NCBI RefSeq assembly: GCF_006345805.1
Contig: NC_043016.1
Coordinates: forward strand, 7,192,001 to 7,256,000
Origin: Octopus sinensis
Lineage: Eukaryota
Reading direction: 5' to 3'
DNA: 64,000 bases
This document shows, piece after piece, positions 49,813-63,645 of this stretch. Under the pieces are notes generated by a model. The model searched no databases, was not told the DNA's origin, and saw only the letters and a program-made list of their open reading frames with translations. Every line of letters starts with the position of its first letter. The stretch's first letter is position 1. The position numbers and the translations under genes are program-made.

Positions 49813-50803
49813 GGTATATATGTATATATCTCCGAGGTGATTCCAGGTCATCAGTGTCATTTGGGCTCATCACAGATTTCACATAAAAAACATGCCTGCT
49901 TGAAGAATTTCATGTTTTACCGCTTTATTTCTAGCCCCAAATGGCTTTTTTTATTTTTATGTTTAGTGCTATGTCTTTCTGCATTTCTAAGTTAAGGGTA
50001 AAAATAAAGGAACCCTGCAAAACACAACTGATCTTTGAACACAGATGCACAGAATAACCACAATCAAATAACGACAGCGGAGTACACAACAAACATCAGC
50101 GATCTGATGGTCACCTGTATTCATGACGAGATGCCAGTTAGTCTTTTACACCTACCAGGCTCGTTCGTATTAGCTTGAGTTGCCGGATAATTTTTCATTC
50201 CTTTAAGAATATTGTAGAACGGAAACTTTTCATAGATTGGAATTTAAATCCTAATCTTTATAGAAATTTATTGTTTCAAGAAAACATGAATTTGAGTTTT
50301 TATGATTACAGATAACAACTTGGTCTGTAACTTCTGAATCTGAGTTAGGTACGTGTGGGCAATGTCAAGAGAATGTTTGCTACAAATGATATTTTTTGAC
50401 ATAGGACACCTAAGACGACCGCCAGACACTGAATGGAAATAACTGAACTGTGACCAGGCTCAGTAAGAGGAACCTGAGTTATTGGCTGAAATTACATACT
50501 TTAAGTCAGTGTTGACAGAATTTAAATCACCTTGCAAATACACGTTCATTTTATTAAATTTATACTCAGGCTAAGCCTGAACAGCCCGAGTGCCTAAGTC
50601 ACCACTGATATGTATGTATATATATATGTGTATATATATGTATATATATATATATATATATATAATATAATTAAGGGCACTGGAATGTCAAAGCCTATAC
50701 ACTTGAAGTAAATGTCAAATACCTTCAATTCGCTCTGAATTTGTTCTCATATACACATATATATGTGAGTGAGTGTATGTATGTATATATATATACACAC
50801 ACG

Positions 50804-50845
<42 letters not shown>

Positions 50846-50905
50846 CTTTTACCTTTTACTTGTTACTACTTTGAAGGCTTTAGTCAAAGAAATCAACTCC
50901 AGTAT

Positions 50906-52296
50906 TGTGTGTGTTTGTGTGTGTGTTTGTGTGTGTGTTTGTGTGTGGTGTTTGTGTGTGTGGTGTGTGTGTGTGTTGTGTGTGTGTTGTGTGTGTTGTG
51001 TTGTGTGTGTTGTGTGTGTGTGTTTGTGTGTGTTTGTGTGTGTGTGTGTTTGTGTGTGTGTGTTTTGTGTGTTTGTTTGTTTGTGTGTGTGTGTGTGTGT
51101 GTTTGTGTGGTGTGTTTGTGTGTGTGTTTGTGTGTGTGTTTGTGTGTGTGTTTGTGTGTGTGTTTGTGTGTGTGTTTTGTTTGTGTGTGTGTGTGTGTGT
51201 TTGTGGTGTGTTTGTGTGTGTTTGTGTGTGTTTGTGGTGTGTGTGTGTTTTGTGTGTGTGTTTTGTGTGTTTTTGTGGTGTGTGTGTTTTGTGTGTGTGT
51301 TGTGTGTGTGTTTGTGTGTGTGTTTTGTGTGTGTGTTTTGTGTGTGTTTTGTGTGTGTGTTTTGTGTGTGTGTTTGTGTGTGCGTTTTGTGTGTGTGTTT
51401 TGTGTGTGTTTGTGTGTGTGTTTTGTGTGTGTGTTTTGTGTGTGTGTTTGTGTGTGGTGTTTTTGGTTGGTGTTGTGTGTGTGTGTGTTTGTGTGTGTGT
51501 ATGTGTGGTGGGTTTGTGTGTGTGTTTGTGTGTGTGTTTGTTTGTGTGGTGTGTGTGTGTGTTTGTGTGTTTGGTTGGTGTGTGTGTGTTGTGTGTGGTT
51601 TGTTTGTGTGTGTGTGTGTGTGTTTTGTGGTGTGTGTGTGTGTGTTTGTGGTGTGGTGTTTGTTTGGTGTGTGTTGTGTGTGTTTGTGTGTGTGTGTGTG
51701 TGTTTGTGTGTTGTGTTGTGTGTGTGTTTGTGTGTGTGTTGTTTGGTGTGGTGGTTGTTTGTGTGTGTTGTGGTGGTGTTGTTGTGGTTTGTTGTGTGGT
51801 TTGTGTTGTGTGTGTGTGTTTGTGTGTTTGTTGGTGTGTGTGTGTGTGTTTGTGTGGTGTGTGTGTTTGTGTGTTGTGTTTGGTGTGTTGTTTGTGTGTG
51901 TTTGTGTGTGGTTTGTTTGTGTGTGTGTTGTGGTTTGTTGTGTTTGTTGTGGTGTGTGTGTGTGTGTTTGTGGTGTGTGTGGTTTGGTGTGTGTTTGTGT
52001 GTGTGTTTGTGTTGTGTGTTTGTGTGTTGTTTGTGTGTGTGTTGGTGTGTGTTGTTTGTGGTGTTTGGTGTGTGTGTGTGTGTGTTTGGTGTGTGTTTGT
52101 GTGTGGTTGTTTGTTGTGTGTGGTTTGTGTGTGTTTGTGTGTGTGTTGTGTTGTGTGTGTGTGGGTTGGTGTGGGGTTGTGTGTGTGTGTGTTTGTGTGT
52201 GAGTGTGTTGTTTGTGGTGTGTGTTTGTGTGTGTGTTTGTGTGTTTGTTTGTGTGTGTGTGTGTGTTTTGTGTGTGTGTGTGTGTTGTGTGTGTGT

Positions 52297-52327
<31 letters not shown>

Positions 52328-52330
52328 GTT

Positions 52331-52362
<32 letters not shown>

Positions 52363-52739
52363 TGTGTGTCTGTTGTGTGTGGTTTGTGTGTGTGTTTGTG
52401 TGTGAGTGTGTGGTGTTTGTGGTGGTGTGTGTTTGTGTGTCTGTTTGTGGTGTGTTTGTGTGTCTGTTTGTGTGTTTGTGTGTGTGTTGGTGTGTGTTTG
52501 TGTGTGTGTTTGTGTGGTGTGTGTTGGGGTGGTGTGTGGTGTTGTGTGTGTGTTTGTGTGTCTGTTTGTGTGTGTGTTTGTGTGTTTGTGTGTATGTTGT
52601 GTGTGTGTTTTGTGTGTGTTTGTGTGTGTGTTTGTGTGTGAGGTGTGTGTTTGTGTGTGTGGTTTGTGGTGTGTGTGTGTGTGTTTGTGTGGTGTTTGTG
52701 TGTGTGTGTGTGTTTGTTGTGTGTGTTTGTGTGTGTGTT

Positions 52740-52778
<39 letters not shown>

Positions 52779-54600
52779 TTGTGTGTGGTTTGTGTGTCTG
52801 TTTGTGTGTGTGTTTGTGTGTGAGTGTGTGTTTGTGTGTGTGTTTGTGTGTGGTGTTTGTTGTGTGTGAGGTGTGTGTGTTTGGTGTGGGTTTGTTGTGT
52901 GTTTGTGTGTTGTTTGTGTGTGTTTGTGTGTGTGTTTGTGTGTGAGTGTGTGTGTTTTGTGTGTGTGTTTGTGTGTGTGTTTGTGTGTCTGTTTGTGTAT
53001 GTGTTGGTGTGTGTGTTTGTGTGTGTGTTTGTGTGTCTGTTTGTGTGTGTGTTTTGTGTGTGGTTTGTGTGTTGGTGGTTGGGTGTTGGTGTGTGTGTTT
53101 GTGTTGTGTGTTTTGTGGTGTGTTTGGTGTGTGTGTTTGTGTGTGTTGTGGTGTGTTGTGTGTGTGTTGTGTGTGGTGTGTTTGTGTGTGTGTTTGTGTG
53201 TGTGTTTGTGTGTGTGTTGTGTGTGTGTGTGTGTGTGTTTGTGTGTGTGTTTGTGTGTGTGTTTGTGTGTGTGTGTTTGTGTGTGTGTTTGTGTGTGTGT
53301 TTGTGTGTGTGTTTGTGTGTGTGTTTGTGTGTGTGTTTGTGTGTGTGTTTGTGTGTGTGTTGGTGGTGTTTGTGTGTGTGTCTTTGTGGTGTGTGTGTGT
53401 GTGGTGTGTTGTTTGTGTGTGTGTGTGTGTGTGTTTGTGGTGGTTTGTGTGTGTTTGTGTGTGTTTGTGTGTCTGTTTGTGTGTGTGTTTGTTGTGTTTG
53501 TGTGTGTGTTTGTGTGTGTGTTGTGTGTGTGTTTGTGGTTGTGTGTGTTGGTGTGTGAGTGTTGTGTGTGTGTTGTGTGTGTGTTGGTGTGTGGTGTGTT
53601 GTGTGTTGTGTTGTGGTTTGTGTGGTGTGTGTGTGTTTTGTGTGTGGTGTTTGTGTGTGTGTTTGTGTGTGTGTTTGTGTGTGGTGTTTGGTGTGTGTGT
53701 GTGTGTGTGTGTTGTGTGTTGTGTGTGTGTTTGTGTGTCTGTTTGTGTGTGTGTTTGTGTGTGAGTGTGTGTGTGTGGTTTGTGTGTGTTTGTGTGTGTG
53801 TGTTTGTGTGTGAGTGGTGTGTTTGTGGTGTTGTTTGTGTGTGTTTGTGTGTCTGTTTGTGTGTGTGTTTGTGTGTGTGTTTGTGTGTGAGGTGTGTGTT
53901 TGTGTGTGTGTTTGTGTGTGTGTTTGTGTGTCTGTTTGGTGGTTGTTTGTGTGTGTGGTTGTGTGTGTGTTTGTGTGTGTGTTTGTGTGTGTTTTGTGTG
54001 TGTGTTTGTGTGTGTGTTTGTGTTGTGGTTGTGTGTGTGTTTGTGTGTGTGTTTGTGTGTGTGTGTTTGTGTTGTGTGTGTTTTGTGTGTGTGTTTGTGT
54101 TGTGTGTTGTGTTGTGTGTGTGTTTTGTGGTGTGTGTGTTTGGTGTTGTGTGGTGTGTTTTGTGTTGTGTGTGGTTGTGTGTGTGTTTGTGTCTGTTGTT
54201 TTGTGTGTTTGTGTGTGTGTTTGTGTGTGTGTGTTTGTGTGTGTGTCTTTGTGTGTGTGTGTGTGTGTTGTGTGTGTGTTTGTGTGTGTGTTTGTGTGTG
54301 TGTTTGTGTGTGTGTTTGTGTGTGTGTTTGTGTGTGTGTTTGTGTGTGTGTTTGTGTGTGTGTATTTGTGTGTGTATGTGTGTTTGTGTGTGTTTGGTGT
54401 GTGTTTGTGTGTGGTTGTGTGTGTGTGTTTGTGTGTGGTTTGGTGTGTGTTTGTGTGTGTTTGTGTGTGTGTTTGTGGTGGGTGTGTGTGTGTTTGTGTG
54501 TGTGTTGTGTGTGTGTTTGTGTGTGTGTGTTTGTGTGTGTGCGTGTGTGTTTGTGTGTGTTTGTGTTGTGTGTTGGTGTGTGTTTGTGTGTGTGTGTTTT
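50906..54600. repeat. 3.7 kb degenerate (GT)n / (TTTGTGTGTG)n tract
   Basis: The + strand is almost only G and T, with a recurring 10-nt unit. Confidence 0.95.
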
Positions 54601-54719
54601 TGTTTCCCTACCATTGCTTGGCAACTGGAGTTTACTTGTTTGAGTAAACTCTTCAAGTTGGTCCACCATCAAGGTCACAGTCCAAGACTGAAACAGGTAA
54701 AAGATTAAAGAAAGATTTA

Positions 54720-54783
<64 letters not shown>

Positions 54784-55192
54784 CAAAAATACAAATATAC
54801 TAATTCTTGCTGTTGCCTGACAAAATTTAGAGCAAAATTAAAACAATAAAAAAGGAGGAGGAGGAAACAAAAAAGCTTAATATTTGAAAGTGTAAAACTT
54901 AAATAAGTTATGAAACAAGATATAATTATAATTATAAGATATAATTTTAACCAAAATTAATGAATGCTTTGAGCTCAGTTTAGCAATTTATTGTATTCGT
55001 TATCTTCAAGCTCTTGACAGATATTTTTGTTATTTGTTCTTTTAATTTTTGATATATCTGACTGTGATCATGCTGGGGTACTTACCCCACAGGATCTTTT
55101 TAGTTGATGAAATTAAACCCATAATATCTATTCTTTTGTGCATGATATAAATTTTATCAGTCTTTTACTGCTCTGCTAATTTGTAAATCATA

Positions 55193-55355
55193 AGCAGGAG
55201 TGGCTGTGTGGTAAGTAGCTTGCTAACCAACCACATGGTTCTGGGTTCAGTCCCACTGCGTGGCATCTTGGGCAAATGTCTTCTGCTATAGCCCCGGGCC
55301 GACCAATACCTTGTGAGTGGATTTGGTAGACGGAAACTGAAAGAAGCCAGTCGTA

Positions 55356-55386
<31 letters not shown>

Positions 55387-55590
55387 CTGTGTGTGTGTCT
55401 GTGTTTGTCCCCCCCAACATTGCTTGACAACCGATGCTGGTGTGTTCACGTCCCCGTCACTTAGCGGTTCGGCAAAAGAGACCGATAGAATAAGTACTGG
55501 GCTTATAAAGAATAAGTTCCGGGGTCGATTTGCTCGACTAAAGGTGGTGCTCCAGCATGGCCGCAGTCAAATGACTGAAACAAGTAAAAA
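55193..55590 (+). mobile_element. Family A SINE
   Basis: Full-length consensus match. Confidence 0.85.
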
Positions 55591-55676
55591 CAAAAACAAA
55601 CAAGTTAACAGTGTAGGGAGACACACCTGCTGACTAAGACACACATGTGCACAAACATGCATTCACATATGCTCAC

Positions 55677-55707
<31 letters not shown>

Positions 55708-56372
55708 TCAAGAACAATCTGACCAGTGATGCATAACATCTAACAGTCTGGTCGATACGTTGATATTACTGATTAAATCTTTGTCCAAGATGAAGTTGCT
55801 TCTGTGTTCTGAGGTAATTCTACCTCTTCCTTATCTTCTCCACCCAGAGAATAAGATAGAATACTCTGAGAACTAAACCATCAGAGATCATCTTCATGGG
55901 TGTAAATCTATCACAAAGGCAGGAAGGGCTCTTTAATCTTCACTGGTAGTCCATAGAGATGGCGCCTCAGTAAAGACCCTGGTTGTTGTGACATGTTAAC
56001 ACCACAGTCCTCTCTAAGAGTGTAATGCTAAGTAAAAAGTATTGTCACAACTGCATTCATGAGACAGGATGCATAAGTGAAGCTCTCTCACACAGCCAAG
56101 TGTCACACCACACTTCAGGGTGGGTCTGCTCATTAGCCAAATACTACTGCAAAGACGACACAAAATAACTATAGAACTGTGGTGGGTTGCTGCTTAGTAG
56201 CGTTTCATCTGTGTTCAAATTCTGCCATGGTTGACTTTGCCTTTCATCTTCTCAGGATCAATAAAATAAGTACTGGTCAAACAACACCAGAGTCAGAATA
56301 ATCGATTTTCCCCCTTCCCCGAACTTGCTGTTCTTGTGCCAAAATTTGAAACCATCATTATTATTATGATTA

Positions 56373-56812
56373 AGGTGGTAAGCTAGCAGAATCGTTAGCA
56401 TGCCAGGTAAAATGCTAAGTAGTATTTTGTCTGTCGGCGAGCTGGCAGAATTGTTAGCACAACGGCGAAATGTTTAGCAGTATTTCGTCTGCCGCTACGT
56501 TCCGAGTTCAAATTCCGCCGAGGTCGACTTTGCCTTTCATCCTTTTGGGGTCGATTAAATAAGTACCAGTTACGCACTGGGGTCGATATAATCAACTTAA
56601 TCTGGTTGTCCTCTCTGTGTTTAGCCCCTTGTGAGTAGTAAAGAAATAGGTATTTTGTGTCTTCACGTTCTGGGTTCAGATTCTGCTGAGCTTGACTTTG
56701 CCTTTCATCCCTTCAGGGTCAATTAAACAAGTACCAGTTATGCACTAGAGCCAATGTGATTGACTTAATCCCTTTCCCCAAATTTGAGGCCCTCATGCCT
56801 CCAGTAGAAAGG
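56373..56812 (+). mobile_element. Nested family B SINEs just upstream of the last exon
   Basis: A full copy (56436-56650) lies inside an older copy; gtattttgt occurs on both sides. Confidence 0.72.
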
Positions 56813-56871
56813 ATTATTATTATTATTATTATTATTATTATGATTGTTATATCTGATTTATTTTCTTACAG

Positions 56872-57036
56872 GAAACACGACAGCTGTATCATCCCATAAG
56901 CCAACAGTGCCTGGACTGCGATACTGGAAGCCAAGAAGTCTTTATGAACCCATGTAATAAGAACTTGAAAACACAACAATGGCATTTTGAACATACAAAT
57001 GCAACAGCACTCCAGATTGAATGGAAAGCAGCCTAA
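56872..57036 (+). CDS. GALNT10: GALNT10-like last coding exon, lectin gamma repeat + stop (not in the ORF track)
   Basis: ttacag acceptor. Encodes ETRQLYHPISQQCLDCDTGSQEVFMNPCNKNLKTQQWHFEHTNATALQIEWKAA then TAA; QQW motif and HTNxT sequon as in the vertebrate GALNT10 C-terminus. Confidence 0.95.
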   Translation, partial: ETRQLYHPISQQCLDCDTGSQEVFMNPCNKNLKTQQWHFEHTNATALQIEWKAA

Positions 57037-57481
57037 ATAAAGAATAAAATAGAATATAAATCTATAACAAGTACAACAACAATACTAAAAACTGAAAAAA
57101 AAACTCATATAAAGAAAAAAACAAACCAAGAAGAAAATATAATGGTTGTAATAAAACAATAACAACAATGGCAATGATAACAACAACAAAAAAAGAAAAT
57201 AACATAAATCAGTTTTAAAAAATCCAAAACAAACGAAATTTAATTTGAATTTTGATAATTTCAAATTACAGCTGATGTTGTGTTGTGTTCAGATTCCAGA
57301 CATGAAAAAATCTTACTGTGCAATATATTGCATATATGCACATATGTGCATATGTGCATGTGTGTGTAAACTGGGGATGGGTGGGTGGGGTGGTTGGTGA
57401 TTGGGCAGGTGAATGAATGCTTGTAATTTGTGTGTGCGTGTGTGTCTGTATTGTTTTTGTTATGTTTGGAATTTCAATAAA
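57036..57481 (+). promoter_or_regulatory. Putative 3' UTR with candidate AATAAA polyadenylation signals
   Basis: AATAAA immediately after the stop (57036, 57043) and at 57476; which one is used cannot be told from the sequence. Confidence 0.4.
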
Positions 57482-58349
57482 TATATTGCACAGTAATAGG
57501 GTTCACTGTGGGTGGTCATGGGTGGAGTGGAGAAGATGAGGTTAATTTGCAACGACTGTGGTTTTTGAGATTTCTGGTTAAAGGTATAAATTCATTTCTT
57601 CTCAATTCCCTCAATGATCTTCAACTCAGTTTTTTTTTAATTTATATTTTATTGTTATTGTTTTCTTCCTTTTTTTTTTTATAATATTTCTCTTTTAATG
57701 TTTATGTTAAAGTTCCTGTCGAAAACATATTGGTTTGAAATGGGGTTTGGATGGAGCAGAATGGTACGTAGCTGTTTTAAAAGAAGAAAATGATTGAATA
57801 TAACATTTATTATCATCATCATTGTCCTTTATTAATAATAATATAATAATATTATAATAATAATGATAATAATAATAATAAAGAAATCATTATCATTACT
57901 ATTATTAATTTAAGCACAAGGTCAACAAATTTTAGGGGAGCATATATATTCATTGATACTATTGGCTCCAGTACTTGACTGCTACTCTTATTTTATTGAA
58001 TTTGATGATAATAATAATAATAATAATAATTTTGTTTATAATCATTATTCTTGCTATGTTTTTTGCCTTTATGTAATAATATCAATATTATTATTATTAT
58101 TGATAATGATAATACTTAATACTTTTATTAGTATATTATTGTTATTGCTAGGCGGCGAGCTGGCAGGAATGTTAGCCGTATTTCGTCTGCTGTTACGTTC
58201 TGAGTTCAAATTCCGCCGAGGTCCACTTTGCCTTTCATCCTTTCAGGGTCGATTAAATAAGTACCAGTTACGCACTGGGGTCGATATAATCAACTTAATC
58301 CGTTTGTCTGTCCTTGTTTGTTCCCTCCTTGTGGGTAGTAAAGAAATAA

Positions 58350-58390
<41 letters not shown>

Positions 58391-58526
58391 TACTGCTACT
58401 ACTATTATTAATATTATTATTTAAGTGGCGAGCTGGCAGAATTGTTAGCATGCCAGGCATAAGACAGGTGAGATACTGCTAAGCATTTCATCTGATGTGC
58501 TAACGATTCTACCAGCTTGCCACCTT

Positions 58527-58731
58527 AGTAGTAACAGTAGTAGTAGTAGTAATAATAATAATAATAATAATAATGATAATAATAATAATAATGATAATAA
58601 TGATAATAATAATAATAGTAATAGTGATGATAATAATAATAATAATAATAATAATAGTAATAATGATGATAATAATAATAATAATAGTAATGATGATGAT
58701 AATAATAATAATGATAATAATAATGATGATG

Positions 58732-58764
<33 letters not shown>

Positions 58765-58776
58765 GTAATAATGATG

Positions 58777-58809
<33 letters not shown>

Positions 58810-58850
58810 GTAATAACTTATAATAATAATAACAATAATAATGATAACTA
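58527..58850. repeat. Compound (AAT)n/(GAT)/(AGT) microsatellite
   Basis: Direct reading; source of the poly-N/I/Y ORFs. Confidence 0.95.
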
Positions 58851-59394
58851 CATTAAAATTAATGTAACTGTTCAAAGGTAATAATAGAAAGAGAAAAAGC
58901 ATGATGCAATGTTCAATAAAACATGGATTGACCTTGTTTATTTCAATGGTTCGTCTGTGTTTTTCAGGTTCAAAATTAGACAAGAATAATGGAAAATAAA
59001 AAAATACACCGAAATGCAGAAATTCTGAAAATTCAACTGGAATATCTTGCATTTCTTTCTTTCTAAAACAAAAATGATGTTGTGAAATTGTACAATTTGC
59101 TTTCTTTTTTTGTGTGTGTGAAGCGTTGGTAGATCACATTGGTTCTTGTACTTATCTGATACTTTATTTGATTGATTCCTGCCCCCTAACTCAACCCGGA
59201 CAGATGAAAAACTATGTTGACCTCAGCCGGTCATTTGAACATGCTTCTAATTTTGATGCCAGGCCAGCAATTTCTGAGAGAATAAGATGAGTGAATGATA
59301 TCAGTGTCAATTGCACTTTATTTTATCACTCCTTTCAGAATGTAAATGTCCATAACTATAAACTCCAAAACATTTTGTCCAATGTATCACCACA

Positions 59395-59440
<46 letters not shown>

Positions 59441-60356
59441 AAATAATAATCCATCCATCCATTCATTTTCTCTGCCCACTACTCCTGGGAGGGTCATGGA
59501 GGTAGAATCCTCAGGAACTCTCCCCATAGCTTCTTGTCAGAAACAGCCATCGTTAGTCTTTCTGGCTGGATCCCCAAGCATATCCATCCGTCTTGTTCTT
59601 TGTCTACCCCTAGGTAACTTGCCAGTCGGCTTGGCTTGAAGAATCCTCTCAATGCAGTGAAGGCAGGGGAAAGTCAATTACATCAAACCCTGTGCTCAAC
59701 TGTTACTTATTATATTAGTCTTGGAAGGATGAATAGCAAAGTTGATCTTGGCCAAATTCAAACCCAGAGCCTAAAGATGGACAAAATGCTACTAAGTATT
59801 TTGCCAGGCATGCTAACGAACCTGCTAGTTTACCACCTTAATAATAACAGATTTCTTTCTAATTTTGGTACAGGACCAGGATGGAGAAAGTTGATTACAT
59901 TAATCCATAGATAAAGTTATCCTTACACAGCTAAATATGCTCTCTTCCTCAAACTATAACTGCAAGAGAATTTAAACTAAGTAACTTTGTGAGCAAAATT
60001 TTGGTTGGTTTGTTAACACTTATAATGCTTGGAGTCTTGTATTAAACTCTCAACTGAAATATTTATTTACAAATCTGAGGACTATACCAACGCTGAGTTG
60101 AGTGTTTGTTGCCATGTCTTATAGAGTGAAGTATTGGAATGGAGAGAGAAATTTTATGCAAGTTCTTTGAAGTCTTCTCCAAAAGGCTCTCTATTGATTA
60201 TCAAATGGCTTAACTTTGTAACATCTAAATCATCCATATCCAACCCAAATATTCTACGGGTTTTCTGTTAAAACTGGCTAGATCTGGCTTCTCCTACCTA
60301 CTCTAAAAATAAGCAACCATGTAATTGAAATCTCGAAGCAACAAAATGATGATGAT

Positions 60357-60800
60357 CATCATCATCGTTTAACGTCCGCTTTCCATGCTAGCATGGGTTG
60401 GACGACTTGACTGAGGTTTGGCGAACCAGACTCCAATCTGATCTGGCAGAGTTTCTGCAGCTGGATGCCCTTCCAAACACCAACCACTCCGAGAGTGTAG
60501 TGGGTGCTTTTACGTGCCACTGGCATGAGGGCCAGTTTGGTGGTACTGGCAATGGGCACGCCCAAATGGTGCTTTTTACATGCCACCTGCACAGGAGCCA
60601 GTCAAGCAGGAATTGGCGACGACCTCGCTCGAATATTTCATGTGCCACCAGCACAAGTGCTAGTAAGGCGATGCGGTAACGATCACACTTGAATGGTGTG
60701 CTTAACGTGAAATCGGCACGAAGGCCAGCTTGTTGCTCTGGCAACAATCTCACCCGTGTGGTACTCTTAGCGCTCCCCTAGCAACGGATGCCAGTCATCG
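60357..60800 (-). mobile_element. Family C copy
   Basis: (CAT)n tail, core consensus, internal repeats. Confidence 0.75.
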
Positions 60801-63063
60801 AATTTGGTGGGTGCTAAAATTCATTTCAGAAATACTAAAAACATTATTTATTAAATATTAATATTATTCAAAACTTTTTAAGCTGTTAATTCATCTACAC
60901 ATTCCACCTCAAGGTCAGTTCCCTCCTAATAGCAGCAATCTTTCAGTTTGTCTGAAGAATGCCAATTCACTCAAAATTATTGAATCCAATTCTTTTTTTT
61001 TTAATTCTTATTTTAGAAAATGTTAGAAAAACTCATACAGAGTTTCACTGTTTTAGTTAATTTTTTATTATTCTTTACTGTTAAAAAGCTATTCTGCATT
61101 ATGGCATGTTACACTCTCTAAAGAACTCGTCGTATTTATTTATAAACAACTTTGCATGCAATTATGCAGTCAACTGCAAAGGCGGTGAGCTGGCAGAAAC
61201 GTTAGCATGCTGGGCGAAATGCGTAGCCGTATTTCGTCTGCCGCTACGTTCTGAGTTCAAATTCCGCCGAGGTCGACTTCGCCTTTGATCCTTTCGGGGT
61301 CGATAAATTAAGTACCAGTTATGCACTGGGGTCGATGTAATCGCCTCAATCCGTTCGTCTGTCCTTGTTTGTCCCCTCTGTGTTTAGCCCCTTGTGGGTA
61401 GTAAAGAAATATATGCAGTCGACTACAATTTGTGTGCAATTTACCATTAATCCATTCTGTTCTCTTGCAAATATTTTGGCCAGATCATCAGCGGTTCAGA
61501 ATAAACTACCTCTCTTTTACCCTTCCACCAGTCTTAGAATCTCACAAAAGAAAAAAGAAAAAAAGGAGGTGGGTGGGAGCATAGAGGTTGCATTTTGTTC
61601 TTTGACTAAGTCATTAAAGAGGGTGAATGTAAACGTATTGCTCACATGTTCAGATGTGTGATCAATGAAAACTATATCAAAGAGGTGGGTGTTGAAGAAA
61701 AGAAGTTCAATGAATGCAAATATATCTATAGATCACACACATCTGTTGCTTGTGGCTTTATTTCACTTTCTAAAGAAAACGACTTTCTGTAACATCTTTC
61801 CTCATGTTGACTGTTAATAGTTGATACTGCTTTACCCCAATCAGTCTTGGTTTAACAAACTTATGATCATAAACGATCCAGCTGTGATCCTCCTGTCTTT
61901 TATACAGGTGTAGTGTATCTAAGACCACATTATCTAATGTGTCCTAGTTGTTGTTTAGTCACATATCATTCCTGATCCACTTTTATGAGAGAAAACCATT
62001 AACAATAGAAAACATTTACATGTTTCTGTCATTTAACTGTGGTCATGCTGGAGCACTGCCTACAAGAATTTTAGAATGTTATTTATTCTAATCGTCTTTT
62101 GCTGAACTGCTAAGTTACAAGGGTGTAAACACACCAACACCAGTTGTTAAATGGTATTTCGTCTGTCTTTGTGTTCTGAGTTCAAACTCCACCAAGGCCA
62201 ACTTTGCCTTTCATCTTTTCAGGGTCGATAAATTAAGTTGCAGTCAAGTAGGGGTCTATATGTTCGATTGTCCCCCTCCCCACAAAAATCCAGGCTTTGT
62301 GCCTATAATAGAAAATGATTATTATTATTGCTATTATTGTTGTTGCTGATGTTGTTCGGGGCAGTGGTTTGGTGAAATCATTAAAGTATGGGAAAGAATG
62401 TCTTGCAGGATTTGTTCCGGGTCTACACATTCTGAGTTCAAATTCTGATTTTCTATCCTCTTGGGGTTAATATAAGTACTAGTCAAGCACTAGCATTCAT
62501 TGACAGCATCAATCAACCCTTCCCCAAGATTTTGTTCCTTGTGCCTATAACATGAAGGATTATTATTAATTTTTCTTATCTCAATTTGGTTCCATTTCTT
62601 TTGCTGAGTATCTTTGCAATACCTAGAGCAAAGAAACTTAGAGTATATATTGATAGGACATTAAATTATACACACCAGTTTATTATTGCTGTTATTATTA
62701 TTATCATTATTGAGTGAGAGAGTAATGCATGCCATCAAAGTGACACTGAGGTAAAATATACGAAGCCCAATGTACCCATCATGACTACCTGTCTGATAAG
62801 GGTACACCAGACGCATGCATCACAACCATATGTGCGTGACATGGTGATCTCATATCAAGACAAACAGCGCATGACCTTGCAGGTAGGGGCCCAGTTAGAA
62901 TTTTCTTCAGGTTGAGTAGCCCATCCCGCTCAAAAGGTCCCTGAATAAGGGTTGTTTAAGGATATTGAATGAAACACCCATGTTTCCAGAGGTGAATTAT
63001 TCAAACCCCAAAGAATCCTTCTCGATACATGGCCATGATGCTCCCCCACTACTTCTGCTCGTG

Positions 63064-63098
<35 letters not shown>

Positions 63099-63600
63099 GG
63101 CATTGAGATGGTAGAATTGTTGGCCCACTTGAGAAAAGGCTTAGTGACATTTCGACCATTTAAATTACTCCTAGGTTGACATTGCATTTCATCCTTTTGG
63201 TGTTGATGAAATAAATACCATTTGAATTCTGGGGTCAGTGTAATTGATTTACCCTCTCACCCAGTGGCATTGTTCCAAAATATGAAACTATTATTATTAT
63301 TATTATTATCCCATCCTTTATGTAAATACCTACAAATTGTTTACTGCTCTTGTGATGCCCTTCTCATCTATACCCTTGTGACTAATAAAAGAAATCATGA
63401 TGATTATTATAATTATTATTATTATTATTATTAGAGTATATTGTTAGAGTATCGGATTAAATGCTTTCTGGTATTTTTTCCTGCTCTGAAGATTCCAAAT
63501 TCAAAATCCAGCCAAGGTCATCTTTGACCTTTATCCTTCCAGAGTTACTGGTATCAATTTAATCAACTAACCTACTTCAGGGCTCATGCCTTTGTTATGA

Positions 63601-63645
<45 letters not shown>

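Noticed and set aside
50741-54786. Long ORFs of 180-1297 aa (poly-HT / poly-CV)
   Set aside because: Translations of the GT tract, which lacks stop codons in most frames; no real protein complexity.
58497-59052. Poly-Asn/Ile/Tyr ORFs
   Set aside because: (AAT)n microsatellite translations.
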